Positions 43,552-54,577 of a stretch of 64,000 bases of DNA are shown piece after piece. Location: assembly GCA_041394345.1 (NCBI GenBank), contig JAWKIN010000016.1:28859-92858 (forward strand). Reading direction: 5' to 3'. Position 1 is the stretch's first letter; each line of letters opens with the position of its first letter. The stretch comes from Acidimicrobiales bacterium (lineage in GTDB: Bacteria > Actinomycetota > Acidimicrobiia > Acidimicrobiales > SZUA-35). The notes under the pieces were generated by a model. It saw only the letters and a list, made by a program, of their open reading frames with translations, was not told where the DNA came from and made no database searches. The position numbers and the translations under genes are program-made.

Positions 43552-44897
43552 CTAGTTAGTTGTTACGGCGTTCTCCGCAGCTTGCACGAGCTTGGCACAG
43601 ACAGCGTCGGCTGTGGCCGCGTCGAGGTGTTCGACCATGACCCGAATCAGTGGTTCGGTACCCGACGCCCGCACCAGAATGCGACCCGACGTCCCCATTG
43701 ACGCCTCGGCCTCAGCGATGTCAGCGCTGAGCCGATCGAGCAGACCAGGGTCTTTACGAGGTAGTCGCACATTGCGCAGCACCTGCGGGACCGAGGTCAT
43801 TGCGGTGTCGCTCAGGGTATCGAGGGACTGGCCGCTACGGACGACGGCACCGACCAGCTGGACACCAGCCAGCACCCCGTCGCCAGTCGAGGCGAGGTGC
43901 GACAAATGACATGGCCCGACTGCTCGCCTCCGAGGGACAGTTGACCCGCATTCAGCGCCTCGAGGACATAGCGATCGCCGACCTTGGTCTCGACGACCGT
44001 GATACCGAGCCGGTCCATCGCCATACGAAAGCCCAGGTTAGACATCACCGTGACGACAACCGAGTTGGCGGTCAGGACTACGGTCAGACCAGTCTTTGGC
44101 CAAAATCACCCAAGGATGTGATCGCCGTCAATGATCTGGCCGCGACTGCCAGCAACAATGAGACGATCGGCGTCACCGTCGAACGCCAGACCGAGATCAG
44201 CACCCTCGGCGACGACTCGCTCGCCGAGCAGTTGTGGGTGGGTTGACCCAACCCCTTCGTTGATGTTGACGCCGTCGGGGGCGGCACCAATCACCGAAAC
44301 GTTGGCGCCGAGAGCTGCGAACACGTCGGGCGCCATACCGGCCGCCGCCCCGTGAGCGCAGTCGAGCACGATCCGTAGACCATCAAAGCGGACATCGCCG
44401 GCCGTCGCCACCACGTGGCCAGACCATCGTTTGGCTGCATCCGATGGCCGAATGTCACCAACAGCGGCGCCAATAGGGCGGTCGGTTGACGGGTCGGTGC
44501 CAGACAAGAGTTCGTGGAAGCGAGCCTGTATCTTCGCCTCGACGTCGTCGCTGAGCTTTTGGCCGCCCTCGGCAAACAGCTTGATCCCGTTGTCGGCAAA
44601 GGGGTTGTGGGAGGCGGAAATCATCGCTCCCGCCTTCGACTCGGTCGATGCCACCCACGCAACAGCCGGCGTAGGTACGACACCGAGAAGCTCACAGTCG
44701 GTGCCCGCCGAGGCAACGCCAGCGACGAGGGCCGCTTCCAGTAGTGGCCCAGAACGACGAGAATCTCGGCCAACCACCATGGTGGTCGAGCCGAGAATCT
44801 CTGCGGCCGCACGCCCAAGGGCGACGGCGACTTCGGGGGTTAGTTCGGCATTGGCGACACCGCGGACGCCGTCGGTTCCAAAACTGGGATAGGTCAC
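43552..44897 (-). CDS. glmM: Phosphoglucosamine mutase (frameshifted)
   Basis: [28 protein letters not shown] and [14 protein letters not shown]. Confidence 0.95.
43776..43834. repeat. 59-bp exact direct repeat, copy 1 (inside glmM)
   Basis: gcagcacctgcgggaccgaggtcattgcggtgtcgctcagggtatcgagggactggccg, identical to 44917-44975. Confidence 0.95.
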
Positions 44898-45319
44898 AGA
44901 CCCTCCATCGACGGGTGCAGCACCTGCGGGACCGAGGTCATTGCGGTGTCGCTCAGGGTATCGAGGGACTGGCCGTACTTCTTGGATTCCTTCTTCCGTG
45001 GGTCACGGGTCAGGAGGCCAGCGGCCTTCAGGGGCGGACGGATGTCGCCATCCAGGGTGATCAGCGCCCGAGCGATGCCAAGACGGAAGGCACCAGCCTG
45101 GCCGGAGAGGCCGCCGCCGTGAAGCGTCACGTCGATATCGAGGGCTTCTTCCTGGCTGGCCACCCGGAGCGGCTCGGTGATGAGCGTCCGGTGAACGGCT
45201 GACGGGAAGTAGTTGTCGAACTCGCGGCCGTTGGCCGTGATCTTGCCGGTGCCGGGGCGAACCCGCACCCGAGCAACTGCTTGCTTACGACGACCGGTGG
45301 TTTGAATCGTTGCGCTCAT
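44894..45319 (-). CDS. rpsI: 30S ribosomal protein S9 with aberrant C-terminus
   Basis: [22 protein letters not shown] and [14 protein letters not shown]; the conserved basic tail is absent. Confidence 0.93.
   Translation of the reverse strand: MSATIQTTGRRKQAVARVRVRPGTGKITANGREFDNYFPSAVHRTLITEPLRVASQEEALDIDVTLHGGGLSGQAGAFRLGIARALITLDGDIRPPLKAAGLLTRDPRKKESKKYGQSLDTLSDTAMTSVPQVLHPSMEGL
44917..44975. repeat. 59-bp exact direct repeat, copy 2 (3' end of rpsI)
   Basis: Identical to 43776-43834; gives S9 the glmM peptide [19 protein letters not shown]. Confidence 0.95.
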
Positions 45320-45774
45320 TAGTTGTTACCTTCGCGGCGGGCGCCTGGGATCTCGAGGGGTGTTGGGTTTTGGGCGGCGTGCGGGTGTTCTGCCCCGGCG
45401 TAGACCTTGAGCTTCGTTGCCACCTGAGCGCCGAGGCGGTTGTGGGGCAGCATGCCGATGATTGAGTTACGAACCGTGTCGGCTGGCTTGCGGTCGAGCG
45501 ACGCCTGGTAGGTGCGCTCCGTGAGCCCGCCTGGGTAGCCGGAGTGGCTATACACCATCTTCTTCTCGGCCTTGCCCGCCGTGAGGCTGATCTTGGCCGC
45601 GTTGACCACGATGACGTGGTCGCCCATATCCATGTGAGGAGCGAAGGTGGGCTTGTGCTTGCCGCGCAGGACGCGTGCCACCTCGGTGGCCATGCGTCCG
45701 AGGGTCATGCCCTCGGCGTCGACCACAAACCACTGGCGATCGATTTCGGATTCTTTTGGTGAGTACGTCTTCAC
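45319..45774 (-). CDS. rplM: 50S ribosomal protein L13
   Basis: [36 protein letters not shown] and HSGYPGG; GTG start after AGGA. Confidence 0.96.
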   Translation of the reverse strand: MKTYSPKESEIDRQWFVVDAEGMTLGRMATEVARVLRGKHKPTFAPHMDMGDHVIVVNAAKISLTAGKAEKKMVYSHSGYPGGLTERTYQASLDRKPADTVRNSIIGMLPHNRLGAQVATKLKVYAGAEHPHAAQNPTPLEIPGARREGNN

Positions 45775-46088
45775 AGCATTCCTGCTCTGGTAGTGCGGCG
45801 TTCGATTAGGCGGCGTTCGATTGGTGAATGCGACTCGGGGCAGTAGGGCACACAGAGCCGACTGGCAAGCATACGGCCGCGGAGTTCGCACACCAACATC
45901 AACCTCGTGTTGAGGGCAGAAGAACCGCCCACTCGCGCGTTTCGTGTGCTACGTCCCCCCTCGCTGCACGCCCACCACAGCAGGCACACCCGGGGATCGA
46001 CTGGCCCGAGGCGGCCCTGTCGGTTCAAGTTTTTGACCTGTTCGGTCGTTAGTACTCGCTGAAGCTCACGCCCAACGAAAGCACCCAG

Positions 46089-46709
46089 ATGCTCCTAAAG
46101 ACGCTCCTCGCGCAAAAGATGGCCTCTCTCGCGGTTGGCGCCGTTGTCGCCAGTGGCGGCGTTGCCGCCACCGCAGCGGTGATTATCGATTCACCGGCCG
46201 AACCGACACCAGTGACCCAAGACGCCTCTCCCGAGGCCGAATCGGCAATTGAGCCGATGGCAGAGCCGGTCTACGATAACGGAACGGCGGGCGACGAGAC
46301 ATCCGAGTTCACGCCGGTGGAAGCCACGTCAGACGAGAACGCTGTTGAGGGCGACGAGTCCGAGGTTCCTAGCGACGAGCCTGAGGTCGTCGAGGACGAG
46401 GCGTGCGAGGAAGCCGCCAATCACGGTGAGTACGTTTCCGGGGTGGCGAAGGACAAGACCCCTTCCGAGGACGGGGCCAATCACGGCGCAGCAGTGAAGG
46501 CGGCGGCCCAAAGTGACTGCGGCAAGGCGGACCAGACGATGGCCGACGACCAGGACATTGACGAGGCGGACGACATGGACGCGACGGACGACATGGACGA
46601 CCATGACGATGCAACGGAGATCGACGACCACGGCGATGCGGCAAAGGCCGAGCGAACCAAGAATGGCCGCAACAACAACGGCAACAGCGACAAGCCCGGC
46701 AAGGACTAG
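46089..46709 (+). CDS. Putative exported acidic low-complexity protein
   Basis: Hydrophobic N-terminus, Asp/Glu-rich body, and two NHG motifs (NHGEYVSGVAK, NHGAAVKAAAQSDCGK). Confidence 0.75.
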   Translation: MLLKTLLAQKMASLAVGAVVASGGVAATAAVIIDSPAEPTPVTQDASPEAESAIEPMAEPVYDNGTAGDETSEFTPVEATSDENAVEGDESEVPSDEPEVVEDEACEEAANHGEYVSGVAKDKTPSEDGANHGAAVKAAAQSDCGKADQTMADDQDIDEADDMDATDDMDDHDDATEIDDHGDAAKAERTKNGRNNNGNSDKPGKD

Positions 46710-46719
46710 CTCGCTCCAC

Positions 46720-46764
46720 CCGCCCTTAACTTCGTTTGGTCCGACTAAACGAAGTTAAGGGCGG
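46720..46764. terminator. Long hairpin between convergent genes (probable bidirectional terminator)
   Basis: 18-bp perfect arms ccgcccttaacttcgttt / aaacgaagttaagggcgg. Confidence 0.8.
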
Positions 46765-47565
46765 CTAGTACGAGACGTCGAAGAGCGTGAGCCCGTGGGG
46801 CGGGGCGGGGTTCTCGGCCAGGTTGCGATCCTGAGCCGCCAAGACCGATCGCAGCTCACCCGCCGTCCGCTTATCGCGACCAACCGCCACATGAAACCCC
46901 ACAATGCTGCGCACCATCTGGTGACAGAAGGCGTTTCCATGGATTTCGAATCGGAGAACGTCCTCGCCGACGCGGTCCCATCGGGCTGACGTCACCCGGC
47001 GCACCAAGCTCAGTGCGGGCTCACCGGGCGCCGTCTTGGGTCGCCGGCAGAACGACGAGAAATCGTGTTCACCGATGAGCGGATCGCAGGCGAGTCGCAT
47101 CGACCCGAGATTGAGCGGCGTCGGTACCCACCACGACGTGCTCGCCATGAATGGGCTCGGCACCTCGCTGTTGTAGACGTCGTAGCGATAGCTCCGTCCC
47201 GTTGCGTCGAATCGGGCGCTGAAATCGGCCGGTCCCACAACGCACGAACGGGCGACGATCTCAGGACCAAGCCGCTTGTTGATGCTGCGCTGCACCCGAT
47301 CGAGGTCGGTACCTTCGGGCGCATCAAACGAAAGCATCTGACCCCATGCGTGCACGCCGGCATCGGTCCGGCCCGACATAACGATGTCGGGTGGATAGCC
47401 GAGCAACGGGGTGAGCACCGAGACGAGTTCACCTACCACGGTGCGCACACCGGGGTTGGGAGCCAGTCCACGGAAGTGAGTGCCGTCGTAGGCGATCCGC
47501 AGTTGGACGCGAACGAGCGGACCCGTAGGCCCGCTCGGTTCGTCGAATAGTGACGGCGTATACAC
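46765..47565 (-). CDS. truA: tRNA pseudouridine(38-40) synthase (start approximate)
   Basis: IAYDGTHF, SGRTDAGVHA, GEHDFSSF and AFCHQMVRSIVG. Confidence 0.95.
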   Translation of the reverse strand: MYTPSLFDEPSGPTGPLVRVQLRIAYDGTHFRGLAPNPGVRTVVGELVSVLTPLLGYPPDIVMSGRTDAGVHAWGQMLSFDAPEGTDLDRVQRSINKRLGPEIVARSCVVGPADFSARFDATGRSYRYDVYNSEVPSPFMASTSWWVPTPLNLGSMRLACDPLIGEHDFSSFCRRPKTAPGEPALSLVRRVTSARWDRVGEDVLRFEIHGNAFCHQMVRSIVGFHVAVGRDKRTAGELRSVLAAQDRNLAENPAPPHGLTLFDVSY

Positions 47566-47581
47566 GCCAGTCAATCCGTTG

Positions 47582-47935
47582 TTAGACCAGCTCGATCCGA
47601 GCCATAGGAGCGTTGTCGCCCTGGCGTGGTCCGAGCTTGAGAATGCGGGTGTAGCCACCCGGGCGTGACTCGTAGCGAGGCCCAACGACCTCAAACAGAC
47701 GGGTGGTCATCTCGACGTCGCCCAAGTACGAGAGCACCTGGCGATAGTTGTGGAGACCACCCTTACGGGCCTTGGTAATGAGCTTCTCAGCGATCGGGCG
47801 AACGGCCTTGGCCTTCGCCTCGGTCGTCGTGATGCCTTCAGCGGCCACCAGTGATGCGACGAGATTCGCCATCATCAGCTTCTGGTGTTGAGCCGAGCCA
47901 CCGAAGCGGCGGGATTTACGGGGACGTCCTGGCAT
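47582..47935 (-). CDS. rplQ: 50S ribosomal protein L17
   Basis: ITTTEAKAK and [22 protein letters not shown]; short form, 117 aa. Confidence 0.97.
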   Translation of the reverse strand: MPGRPRKSRRFGGSAQHQKLMMANLVASLVAAEGITTTEAKAKAVRPIAEKLITKARKGGLHNYRQVLSYLGDVEMTTRLFEVVGPRYESRPGGYTRILKLGPRQGDNAPMARIELV

Positions 47936-47937
47936 GT

Positions 47938-48879
47938 TTAGCTTCTTCCACCGCGCAGCGAGAGGCCACGCTCATCCAACTTGGCGATTACTTCGTCAAG
48001 CGACTTCTGGCCAAAGTTTGTGATGGCGAGAAGATCATCTTCGGTCTTGGTGAGGAGCTCACCAATTGAGTTGACCTGGGCGCGCTTGAGGCAGTTACGC
48101 GGGCGCTCCGACAAGTCGAGATCTTCGATCGGGAGATCGAGATCGGGTGAACCTGAGGCCGCCGCTGGGGCCTCACCAAGGGTGAGGCCTTCTGGCTCGT
48201 CGCTCATCTCTTCGACCAGCTGCACCAGTGAACGCAAGGTCGCACCGGCTGAGGCCAGCGCGTCGCGAGGCGTTGTGGAGCCATCGGTCTGGATGTCAAG
48301 AATGAGGCGGTCGAAGTTGGTCGACATCTCGACACGGGTTGGTTCGACCGACACCGACACACGGCGCACGGGAGAGAAAATGGCGTCGATAGGGATCACA
48401 CCGATGGTGTTTGACCCCGCATTGCGGGCCGACGTGAGCCAGCCCCGTCCGCGCTCGACCGTGAGGTCAATCGCCAGGCGGCCCTTCTCGTCCAAGATGG
48501 CAAGCTCAACGTCGGTCGAGAGAATCTCAACCTCGGCCGGGCACGAGATGTCGGCCGCCGTGACAACGCCAGGACCGCGGGCATCGAGACGCAAGGTCAC
48601 GGGCTCGTCAGTCTCTGAGGTGAGGACGATGTCCTTGAGGTTCAAGATGATGTCGGTGACATCTTCTCGAACACCAGTCAGGGTGTCGAACTCGTGCAGC
48701 GCGTCATCGAACCGAACGGTCGTAATAGCGGCGCCTGGGATTGACGACAAGAGGGTGCGGCGCAACGAGTTGCCGAGCGTATGGCCGAAACCAGGCTCGA
48801 GCGGGCCAATGGCGAACTGACCTGTGTTCGATTCGCCATCGTCGATTTGCTCCACTGAGGGGCGCTGAATCACCAGCAT
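47938..48879 (-). CDS. rpoA: RNA polymerase alpha subunit
   Basis: [24 protein letters not shown] and [10 protein letters not shown]. Confidence 0.98.
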   Translation of the reverse strand: MLVIQRPSVEQIDDGESNTGQFAIGPLEPGFGHTLGNSLRRTLLSSIPGAAITTVRFDDALHEFDTLTGVREDVTDIILNLKDIVLTSETDEPVTLRLDARGPGVVTAADISCPAEVEILSTDVELAILDEKGRLAIDLTVERGRGWLTSARNAGSNTIGVIPIDAIFSPVRRVSVSVEPTRVEMSTNFDRLILDIQTDGSTTPRDALASAGATLRSLVQLVEEMSDEPEGLTLGEAPAAASGSPDLDLPIEDLDLSERPRNCLKRAQVNSIGELLTKTEDDLLAITNFGQKSLDEVIAKLDERGLSLRGGRS

Positions 48880-48912
48880 GGTGTTCCTTCCGAGCGTTCG
48901 TATTGGAGACGG

Positions 48913-49533
48913 TTACTTGCTGTACAACTCGACGATGAGCTGCTCACGCAGCGGCACGTCAATTTGCTCGCGAAGTGGTTCGCTGTAGACCTTGATCGAA
49001 TGAGCGTGGTCGCCCTTTTCGAGCCAGGCCGGAGGAGTCCGGTCGAGGACATCGGTGTTCCACTGAACAACGGCGTTCTCACGGGTCTTCTCTTTGAGTT
49101 CGATCACGTCGCCCTTGCGGACACGGTACGAAGGGATGTTGACGCGCTTGCCGTTGACCAAGAAGTGGCCATGGCTGACGAACTGGCGGGCCTGGGCGCG
49201 GGTGGCGGCAAGGCCACCGCGGTAGACCACGTTGTCGAGGCGAAGCTCGAGGAGGCGAAGCATGTTCTCGCCGGTAACCCCGTCACGCCGGTTGGCCTCG
49301 TCGTAGACCTTGCGGAACTGACGCTCGTTCAGGCCATAGGAGAAGCGGGCCTTCTGCTTTTCCTGGAGTTGGAAAAGGTATTCGGTGTTGTTGTTGCCAC
49401 GGCGGCGAGTGCGGCCATGAACCCCTGGCGGGTACGGGCGCTTCTCGAGTGCAATTTCTTCACCCTTGGTGCCGAAGATGTTGACACCGAGGCGGCGACT
49501 AATGCGCGCCCGTGGACCTGTGTAGCGTGACAT
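48913..49533 (-). CDS. rpsD: 30S ribosomal protein S4
   Basis: MSRYTGP, LELRLDNVVYR and IVELYSK. Confidence 0.97.
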   Translation of the reverse strand: MSRYTGPRARISRRLGVNIFGTKGEEIALEKRPYPPGVHGRTRRRGNNNTEYLFQLQEKQKARFSYGLNERQFRKVYDEANRRDGVTGENMLRLLELRLDNVVYRGGLAATRAQARQFVSHGHFLVNGKRVNIPSYRVRKGDVIELKEKTRENAVVQWNTDVLDRTPPAWLEKGDHAHSIKVYSEPLREQIDVPLREQLIVELYSK

Positions 49534-49536
49534 GGA

Positions 49537-49935
49537 TCAGACCCTCCGACGCTTTGGTTGGCGGCAGCCGTTGTGGGGAACCGGAGTTACGTCCTTGATT
49601 CCGGTCACTTCGATGCCTGCATTCTGGATTGAACGGATCGCGGTCTCGCGGCCGGAGCCGGGGCCCTTGACCTGAACGTCGACCTTGCGCACGCCGTGTT
49701 CCATCGCCCGGCGAGCCGCAGCTTCGGCCGCCATCTGAGCGGCGTATGGGGTGGACTTGCGTGAGCCCTTGAAACCGACGTTGCCGGCCGAGGCCCAAGA
49801 AAGCACATTGCCTTCTTGGTCGGTGATCGCAACGATCGTGTTGTTGAAGCTCGACTTGATGTGGGCAACGCCGTAACTGACGTTTTTGCGTTCTTTACGA
49901 CGCGGCTTGCGACCGCCCGGCTTTGGCTTCGCCAT
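49537..49935 (-). CDS. rpsK: 30S ribosomal protein S11
   Basis: [13 protein letters not shown] and [11 protein letters not shown]. Confidence 0.98.
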   Translation of the reverse strand: MAKPKPGGRKPRRKERKNVSYGVAHIKSSFNNTIVAITDQEGNVLSWASAGNVGFKGSRKSTPYAAQMAAEAAARRAMEHGVRKVDVQVKGPGSGRETAIRSIQNAGIEVTGIKDVTPVPHNGCRQPKRRRV

Positions 49936-50312
49936 TACTTACGTACCTTCTTCTTGCCAGCGACGGTGCGCTTTGGTCCCTTGCGGGTGCGGGCATTGGT
50001 CTGGGTGCGCTGGCCATGAACAGGCAGGCCCTTGCGATGGCGGATTCCCTGGTGGCAGCCGATTTCCATCTTGCGCTTGATGTCTTGGGACACTTCCCGA
50101 CGAAGATCACCCTCGGTCTTGAGGTTGGTGTCGATGAAGGACCGGATACTCATGACCTCAGCGTCGGTGAGATCCTTGACGCGAGTGTTCGGGTCGACCC
50201 CGGTGCCCTCGGCGATCTTGGCGGCCTGGGTGTTGCCCACGCCGAAGATGTAAGTAAGCGCAATCACAAGACGCTTGTCGCGTGGGATGTCTACGCCAGC
50301 AATACGTGCCAT
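49935..50312 (-). CDS. rpsM: 30S ribosomal protein S13
   Basis: [10 protein letters not shown] and [13 protein letters not shown]. Confidence 0.98.
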   Translation of the reverse strand: MARIAGVDIPRDKRLVIALTYIFGVGNTQAAKIAEGTGVDPNTRVKDLTDAEVMSIRSFIDTNLKTEGDLRREVSQDIKRKMEIGCHQGIRHRKGLPVHGQRTQTNARTRKGPKRTVAGKKKVRK

Positions 50313-50313
50313 A

Positions 50314-50427
50314 TCAGCCTTGCCTCTGCTTATGCCTTGGGTTTTCGCAAATCACCATGACACGGCCACGACGGCGGATGACACGGCACTTCTCGCACAT
50401 TTGTTTGACGCTAGGTCGAACCTTCAT
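50314..50427 (-). CDS. rpmJ: 50S ribosomal protein L36 (Zn-ribbon form), not in the ORF track
   Basis: Manual translation [37 protein letters not shown]. Confidence 0.96.
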   Translation of the reverse strand: MKVRPSVKQMCEKCRVIRRRGRVMVICENPRHKQRQG

Positions 50428-50510
50428 GGGTGTTCCTAGAACTGGTAGTGAAGAACGAGCACCCGGGCGGAAGCACGTTCGTAAGACGGGAATTGTCGTG
50501 AGACGACGAC

Positions 50511-50735
50511 CTACTTGTAACGGTAGGTAATTCGACCCCGAGTGAGGTCGTAGGGAGTGAGTTCCACCTGTACGCGATCGCCAGGGAGGATGCGGATATA
50601 GTGCCGACGCATTTTGCCGGATATGTGGCCGAGAACCTTGTGTCCATTCTCGAGCTCGACCCGGAACATGGCGTTCGGGAGCGATTCAAGAATGGTGCCC
50701 TCAAGCACAATCGCGTCTTCCTTGGACTTTGGCAG
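50511..50735 (-). CDS. infA: Translation initiation factor IF-1 (start codon uncertain)
   Basis: [43 protein letters not shown]. Confidence 0.96.
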   Translation of the reverse strand: MPKSKEDAIVLEGTILESLPNAMFRVELENGHKVLGHISGKMRRHYIRILPGDRVQVELTPYDLTRGRITYRYK

Positions 50736-50923
50736 GACCTTACTCCTCAACGAGTGGATTACTGGCTGGTATGCAAGCGCACACATGGCCGACACACCAT
50801 GCTAGAGGCAAGCAGCATCGGCACCAACCTCCGCGTTTGCCTTATAGCACACGATTCTGCCCAGGTGCGGCAACCACCCCAACCTTGCGGCAGACCTGCG
50901 GTCAGACTCGACCGCGAAATTGG

Positions 50924-51508
50924 TTACTCCTCGTCGGAGGAACCGACCGCCGCGTTGACGGCCGCAATCAGCCGATCGGGGACCACGGCTTCTTCGGCCA
51001 GGCCATCGACGGTGACCAGAAGGCCTCGAGTGGCAAACCAATCGAGCACCGGGCGGGTCTCTTGTTCGTACAGTTCGAGGCGGCGGGCAATGCCTTCGTC
51101 GGTGTCGTCGTCTCGCCCACGGGCCTTCATTCGAGCAGTGACCTCGTCGAGCGGCACCTCAAGGTCGATGACAGCGTCGAGTCCGTCGGACCCAAGAGCC
51201 CCTACCAGGAACTCGGCCTGCGCCGTGGTTCGGGGGTAGCCGTCGAGCACGAAGCCAGACGCTGCGATGTCGTCGGCGGAAAGCCGCTCGGCCACGATGC
51301 CGTTGATGATTTCGTCGGAGACGAGATCGCCGGCGTCCATAATCGCCTTGGCCTTTTGGCCAAGCTCGGTGCCGGCCGCAACCGCGCCGCGCAGCATGTC
51401 ACCCGTGCTGATGTGGGCTACCCCATACGTTTCGACGAGTCGAACACATTGGGTTCCTTTGCCGGCACCCTGGCGTCCGAAGATCACCAGGCGGATTGGG
51501 TTAGACAT
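50924..51508 (-). CDS. adk: Adenylate kinase (short LID)
   Basis: GRQGAGKGTQ, HISTGDMLR and LDGYPR. Confidence 0.96.
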   Translation of the reverse strand: MSNPIRLVIFGRQGAGKGTQCVRLVETYGVAHISTGDMLRGAVAAGTELGQKAKAIMDAGDLVSDEIINGIVAERLSADDIAASGFVLDGYPRTTAQAEFLVGALGSDGLDAVIDLEVPLDEVTARMKARGRDDDTDEGIARRLELYEQETRPVLDWFATRGLLVTVDGLAEEAVVPDRLIAAVNAAVGSSDEE

Positions 51509-51562
51509 GACTACCTCCAGGGCACTAGCCCAAGCGAAATGAATAGGTTGGCCGGAGACCGT

Positions 51563-52880
51563 CTATTGAAGGAACCCGTCGTAGTTCCGTGACATGAGCT
51601 GGCTATCAACCTGCTTCATAGTTTCGAGCGCAACACCCACGGCAATCAAAATAGAGACACCAGAAAATCCGACATTGAGACCGTTGCCGCCGGCGCCAAC
51701 GGCGCGAGCCAGAATGGCCGAGGGGATCAACGCCACGGCAGCCAGGAAGATTGCCCCGGGCAGCGTGATGCGGTTGAGTACCTTCGTCAGGTAGACCTCG
51801 GTCTGTGGTCCTGGGCGGATGCCCTGGATGTAGCCGCCGCTCTTTCGCAGTTCGTCAGCCCGGCGGGGCGGATCGAAACCGATGGCGTTGTAGAAGTAGG
51901 CAAAGCCGATGATCAACAGACCGAACAGCAAGATGTAGCCGAGGCGATCAGCCGAATACAGATTGTTATCGAGGAACGTCCGGACGCTCGCACCCCAACC
52001 GTCAGCCGGCAGCACATTCGCGATCAGCGAAGGCAACTGCAGAAGCGACGACGCGAAGATGACGGGGATAACACCGGCCTGATTGACCTTCAACGGGATG
52101 TAGCTGCTGTTGCCGCCGTATTGGCGGCGACCAACGACCCGCTTGTTGAAGGTAACGGGGATGCGCCGCTGACCCTGTTCGACGTAGACGATGCCAGCCG
52201 TCAGAAGGACAAAGAGGAAGAGGGCGATGATGAGGCCGATAAGGCCCTTCTGGGTGTAGATCGACTGGAGCAACCCGGGCAGTGCGCTCACGACCGACGC
52301 CATGATGAGGATCGACATGCCGTTGCCGATGCCCTTCTGGGTGACGAGTTCGCCAAGCCACATCACGATGGCGGTGCCAACGGTCATGCACGTCACCGCA
52401 AGCAGGATGCGTCCAGCGCTTCCATTGGGGAACAGGGAGATGTTGGCGCCAATGAGCGTGGCCGGGTTGTTGTGGATGAGGTAGACAAACCCAGTGCTCT
52501 GAATAACGGCGAGGACCATCGCGACATAGCGGGTCCACTGGGAGATCTTACGCTGGCCCACGGCTCCTGGGCTTGCCACTCCTCGAGCTTGGGGATGGCA
52601 ACGGTCAGGATCTGGATGATGATTGAGGCCGTGATGTAGGGCATGATGCCGAGCGCAAAATTGACAAGCGGCTGATACCGCCGCCCGACATCAGCTGCAA
52701 GTAGCCAAAGATGCCGTTGGCCGACGTCGCCTGATTGGCCAACGTCTCGATGCCATCGAGGCTGACACCCGGCGACGGGATCTGCAGCCCAAGTCGATAG
52801 ATCGCAATCATCGACAGGGTGAACAGGATTTTGTTGCGCAACTCGACGGTGCGTATGACGTTCTTGACTGTTCCGAACAC
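51563..52880 (-). CDS. secY: Preprotein translocase SecY (frameshifted near 52560-52660)
   Basis: MPYITASIIIQIL, GIGNGMSILI, NQAGVIPVIFASS and GIRPG. Confidence 0.96.
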
Positions 52881-52956
52881 GAGCGTCCTCTAACCAGGCA
52901 GGCGGGTGGGAAACGATAGTCGCCCGGCGCCGCTAAAGCGGAGCCGGGCGCTATTC

Positions 52957-53439
52957 CTAACGGTTGGTGTGCTGGTTGCCCTGGGCAGCAGGGCGCACGC
53001 TGAAGGGCAGATCGACCTTTTCCACGGTTCCGCCAGCGGCCGTAATGGCTGCTTCAGCGGAGGCAGAGAGGCGTGAGCCTTCACGGTGACCTTGCGGGTC
53101 AGCTCTCCTCGACCGAGGATCTTGACCAGCGTACCCTTGTGCAGCAGACCTGCATCGAAGAGCGCTTCGGGGTTACCTCGTCGGGACCAGAGGCGTCGAG
53201 GGCGTCGAGGTTGATCGCTTGGTATTCGACCCGGAACAGGTTGTAAAACCTCGCAGCTTCGGCAGGCGCTGTGCCAGTGGAAGCTGGCCGCCTTCGAAGC
53301 CGACACGAACCTTGCTCCGAGCACGCTGGCCCTTGGAACCGCGGCCTGCGGTCTTACCGCCCTTGCCGCCGATACCGCGACCGACGCGCTTGTTGCGCTT
53401 GCGGGATCCTTCATCAGGCTTGAGATCATGAATCTTCAT
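52957..53439 (-). CDS. rplO: 50S ribosomal protein L15 (frameshifted)
   Basis: [30 protein letters not shown] and VKILGRGEL. Confidence 0.95.
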
Positions 53440-53441
53440 GC

Positions 53442-53624
53442 TCAGACCTCCTCAACAGTAACGAGGTGAGGTACACGGGCAATCATGCCGCGGATCTCGG
53501 GGCGGTCGGGCAAGACGTTGACCTTGCCAATACCACGGAGTCCGAGTGCGCGGAGCGTGCCGCGCTGCTTCGGCTTACAGCCGATGTTGGACCTCACTTG
53601 GGTGACTTTCAGTTCAGCTGCCAT
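53442..53624 (-). CDS. rpmD: 50S ribosomal protein L30
   Basis: [25 protein letters not shown]. Confidence 0.96.
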   Translation of the reverse strand: MAAELKVTQVRSNIGCKPKQRGTLRALGLRGIGKVNVLPDRPEIRGMIARVPHLVTVEEV

Positions 53625-54202
53625 TACTCAGAAGCCTCCGACTTTGCTGCGTGAGTTAGCTCACGCTCGGACTCCTTGTAGGCGTCGAGCAACCCCTTGG
53701 GGGTGAACTCCGAGGCGTCGAGCCCACGCAACCGGGCAACGTCGTCTGGCCGCTTGAGCGACTGGAGCGCGTTGATGGTGGCGCGAGCGACGTTGATCTG
53801 GTTGGCCGAGCCCAGCGACTTGCAGAGCACGTCGTGGATACCGGCCTCTTCCAGGATGGCGCGAGCAGCGCCGCCAGCGATAACGCCGGTACCGGGCGCT
53901 GCTGGCTTCAGCAGCACGCGGCCAGCGCCTTGCTCACCGATGATGGGGTGGGTGATGGTGCCACCGGCCATTGGCACGGAGAACATCAGCTTGCGAGCCT
54001 CTTCGGTGCCCTTCTGAATTGCGAGAGGCACCTCCTTGGCCTTGCCGTAGCCGAGTCCGACTTTGCCGTTGCCATCGCCGAGGACGACGAGAGCGGTGAA
54101 GGCGAACCGACGGCCGCCCTTCACTACCTTGGCGACTCGGTTAATGGTGATTACTCGTGATTCACGACCATCACCGCGGTCATTACGATCGTTGTTAGCC
54201 AT
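53624..54202 (-). CDS. rpsE: 30S ribosomal protein S5
   Basis: [14 protein letters not shown] and GTGVIAGG. Confidence 0.97.
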   Translation of the reverse strand: MANNDRNDRGDGRESRVITINRVAKVVKGGRRFAFTALVVLGDGNGKVGLGYGKAKEVPLAIQKGTEEARKLMFSVPMAGGTITHPIIGEQGAGRVLLKPAAPGTGVIAGGAARAILEEAGIHDVLCKSLGSANQINVARATINALQSLKRPDDVARLRGLDASEFTPKGLLDAYKESERELTHAAKSEASE

Positions 54203-54212
54203 TCGCCTACTC

Positions 54213-54575
54213 CTAGAACTCGAGGCCGGCTTCGCGGGCTGCATCAGCTAGCGCAGCAACCCGTCCGTGGTACTTGTTTCCGCCACGGTCAAACACAACC
54301 GTGGTAATGCCAGCAGCCTTGGCTCGCTCGCCAATCATCTGACCGACCTTCTGGGCGGCTTCAATATTGCTGGTTCCGCCATCGACGACCGACTCGTAGG
54401 TCGATGCAGCAGCGAGGGTGTTGCCAACGCTGTCGTCGATTACTTGGACGCTGATGTGGCGGTTCGACCGGAAGACGGCCAAACGAGGACGCTCCGTGGT
54501 GCCGATGACCTTCTTGCGAACCCGAAACTGGCGGCGGGCGCGTGCGGCATGCTTCTTGGTGGTTTTTCCGCTCAT
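54213..54575 (-). CDS. rplR: 50S ribosomal protein L18
   Basis: [13 protein letters not shown] and [20 protein letters not shown]. Confidence 0.97.
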   Translation of the reverse strand: MSGKTTKKHAARARRQFRVRKKVIGTTERPRLAVFRSNRHISVQVIDDSVGNTLAAASTYESVVDGGTSNIEAAQKVGQMIGERAKAAGITTVVFDRGGNKYHGRVAALADAAREAGLEF

Positions 54576-54577
54576 GA

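Noticed and set aside
50751..50923. Absence of map between adk and infA
   Set aside because: Real in this window, but map position varies commonly and the gap shows no remnant or structure I can support.
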